A DNA stretch of 64,000 nt, from contig JABVCE010000004.1 in assembly GCA_014905635.1 (NCBI GenBank), forward strand, positions 558,001 to 622,000. Reading direction: 5' to 3'. The position numbers were made by a program, and so were the translations under genes. A model generated the notes under the pieces. That model saw nothing but the letters and a program-made list of their open reading frames with translations, was not told the origin of the DNA and made no database searches. Shown in pieces: positions 62,686-64,000 of this stretch. The DNA is from Scenedesmus sp. PABB004 (lineage: Eukaryota). The first letter of the stretch is position 1. The number at the start of each line of letters is the position of its first letter.

Positions 62686-63932
62686 TCACTGCGGGCGCGC
62701 CGGCGGCGGCGCCGCGACGCTGCCCAGCGGCTCGCCCGAGACGGTGCTGGCGGGCGCGCCCGCGAACGAGGGGCCCGCGGGCGCGCCCGACGGCGCGCCG
62801 GTGCCGCCCGACGGCGCGCCGCCGCCGGTGCCGCCCGTGGCCGAGGGCGTGGGCCCGCGCGCCGCCGCCGCCGACGTGACCTCCAGCCCGCCGCCGCCGC
62901 GCGCCCCGCCGCCGCACACCGAGTCTGCGCGCGCGGGGCGGGGCGGCGACGGCCGGTCAGCTGCGGCGGGGCGGGGCGGGGGCGGGGGCGGGGGCGGGGG
63001 CGGCGCGCGGCGCGCGGCGCGCACCCGACTGGCTGTTGCTCTCGGTCGGCTGCGCCGCCTGGCTGGAGGGGTGCAGCGACGCCGTGTGCTTGCGGCCCTG
63101 GCTGTCCGCGGGCGCCGGCTCCTGCTGCGGCGGCTCGCTCGCCGCGGCGCCGCCCGCGCCCCTGATCGGCTCCAGCAGCCGGTCGGCGACGGCGACAAAC
63201 GTGTCAAAGATGCTCTCGGGGTGCAGCACAAACTCGACGTACGACAACGCGCCGATGCCGTCGCGCACCGCGCCCAGCGCGACCTGCGGCCGCCGCAGGT
63301 CGGGCGGCGCGGCCGCGGCGTGGGCCGCGGCGGCCCGCCGCGGGAGCTGGCTGCCGGGGCGGGCTGCCCCGCGCGCGCCTGCAGCTGCCCAAGCGCCCGC
63401 GCTGCGGCGCGCGCGCGCGGCACGCGCCTCTGCGGCCTCCTCGGGCGGGTAGCCGTACACGCCGGTTGAGATGGCGGGGAACGCCAGGTTCTCCAGGCGC
63501 CGCTTGTTGGCCAGCTCCAGGCACGACCTGCGCGCGTGCGCGTGCGGTCAGCACACGGCGCGGCGGCGTGCGCCGGGCGCGGCGCGGCGCGCAGCGCCGC
63601 AGGCGCGCACAGGTACGCCTTGCGCAGCAGCGGCGCCGACTCCTCGGCGCTCTTGTAGATCGGGCCGACGGTGTGGATCACAAACTTGGCCTGCAGCCGC
63701 CCCGCGCTGCGGACGCGCGGCGCCGCGCGGCGGCGCAGCGGCGGGCCGTCAGGCATGGCCGGCGCGCGGCGCGCGGCGCCCCGGGCCGCCCGCGCCCGCT
63801 GCGGGCCGCGGGGCGCGCGCGGGCCGCACCTGGTCATGCGCGCCTCGCCGGTGGGGCAGCGCACGTCCGGCGCGACCTCCGGCACCTGCTGGCACGCCGC
63901 CAGCAGCTTGGGCCCCGCCGCGCGGTGGATGG
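62686..63932 (-). CDS. Macrodomain ADP-ribose glycohydrolase (MacroD/YmdB-like), 5' end beyond window
   Basis: AIHRAAGPKL, RCPTGEARMT, FVIHTVGPIY, LAFPAISTGVYGYPPEEAA. Confidence 0.9.
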
Positions 63933-64000
63933 CTGCGCGGCGCGGCGCGGGGCGGCGGCGCGGCGTGGGCGCGCGCGCCGGCCAAGCGCGCGCGCGCCGC

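Overview
Extremely GC-rich, gene-dense, intron-rich eukaryotic nuclear DNA, most consistent with a chlorophyte green alga (Sphaeropleales-like; inference from GC content, GTGCGC/CGCAG splice sites, TGTAA poly(A) signals and gene content). About 23 spliced protein-coding genes were reconstructed by eye. In order: a partial low-complexity protein, a membrane-anchored MTRR-like diflavin reductase, DCC1, a divergent SMC1/SMC4-class ATPase, a small coiled-coil protein, a U2AF65-like RRM protein, NOP53, an LSMT-type SET protein, a CDPK-related kinase, a putative mitochondrial protein, a YSL/OPT transporter, an F-box/LRR protein, a 106-aa ORF, sucrose-phosphate phosphatase, ELP3, a KNS3/At3g28720-like membrane protein, KXD1, an OCRL/INPP5B-like inositol 5-phosphatase, an unknown protein, a fatty acyl-CoA reductase, a C4HC3 Zn-finger+UIM protein and a partial macrodomain protein. 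The most notable signals are: an unusually high number of AG|GC-donor introns; a likely polycistronic SPP/small-ORF/F-box locus with a 16-nt inter-ORF gap; a non-canonical SMC paralog in tandem with DCC1; and a four-copy hairpin-core repeat array near 59.6-59.8 kb. Most long ORFs in the supplied track are GC-driven shadow frames. Several single-base frameshifts look like assembly indels. All family assignments come from remembered motifs, not database searches, and exon boundaries are manual.
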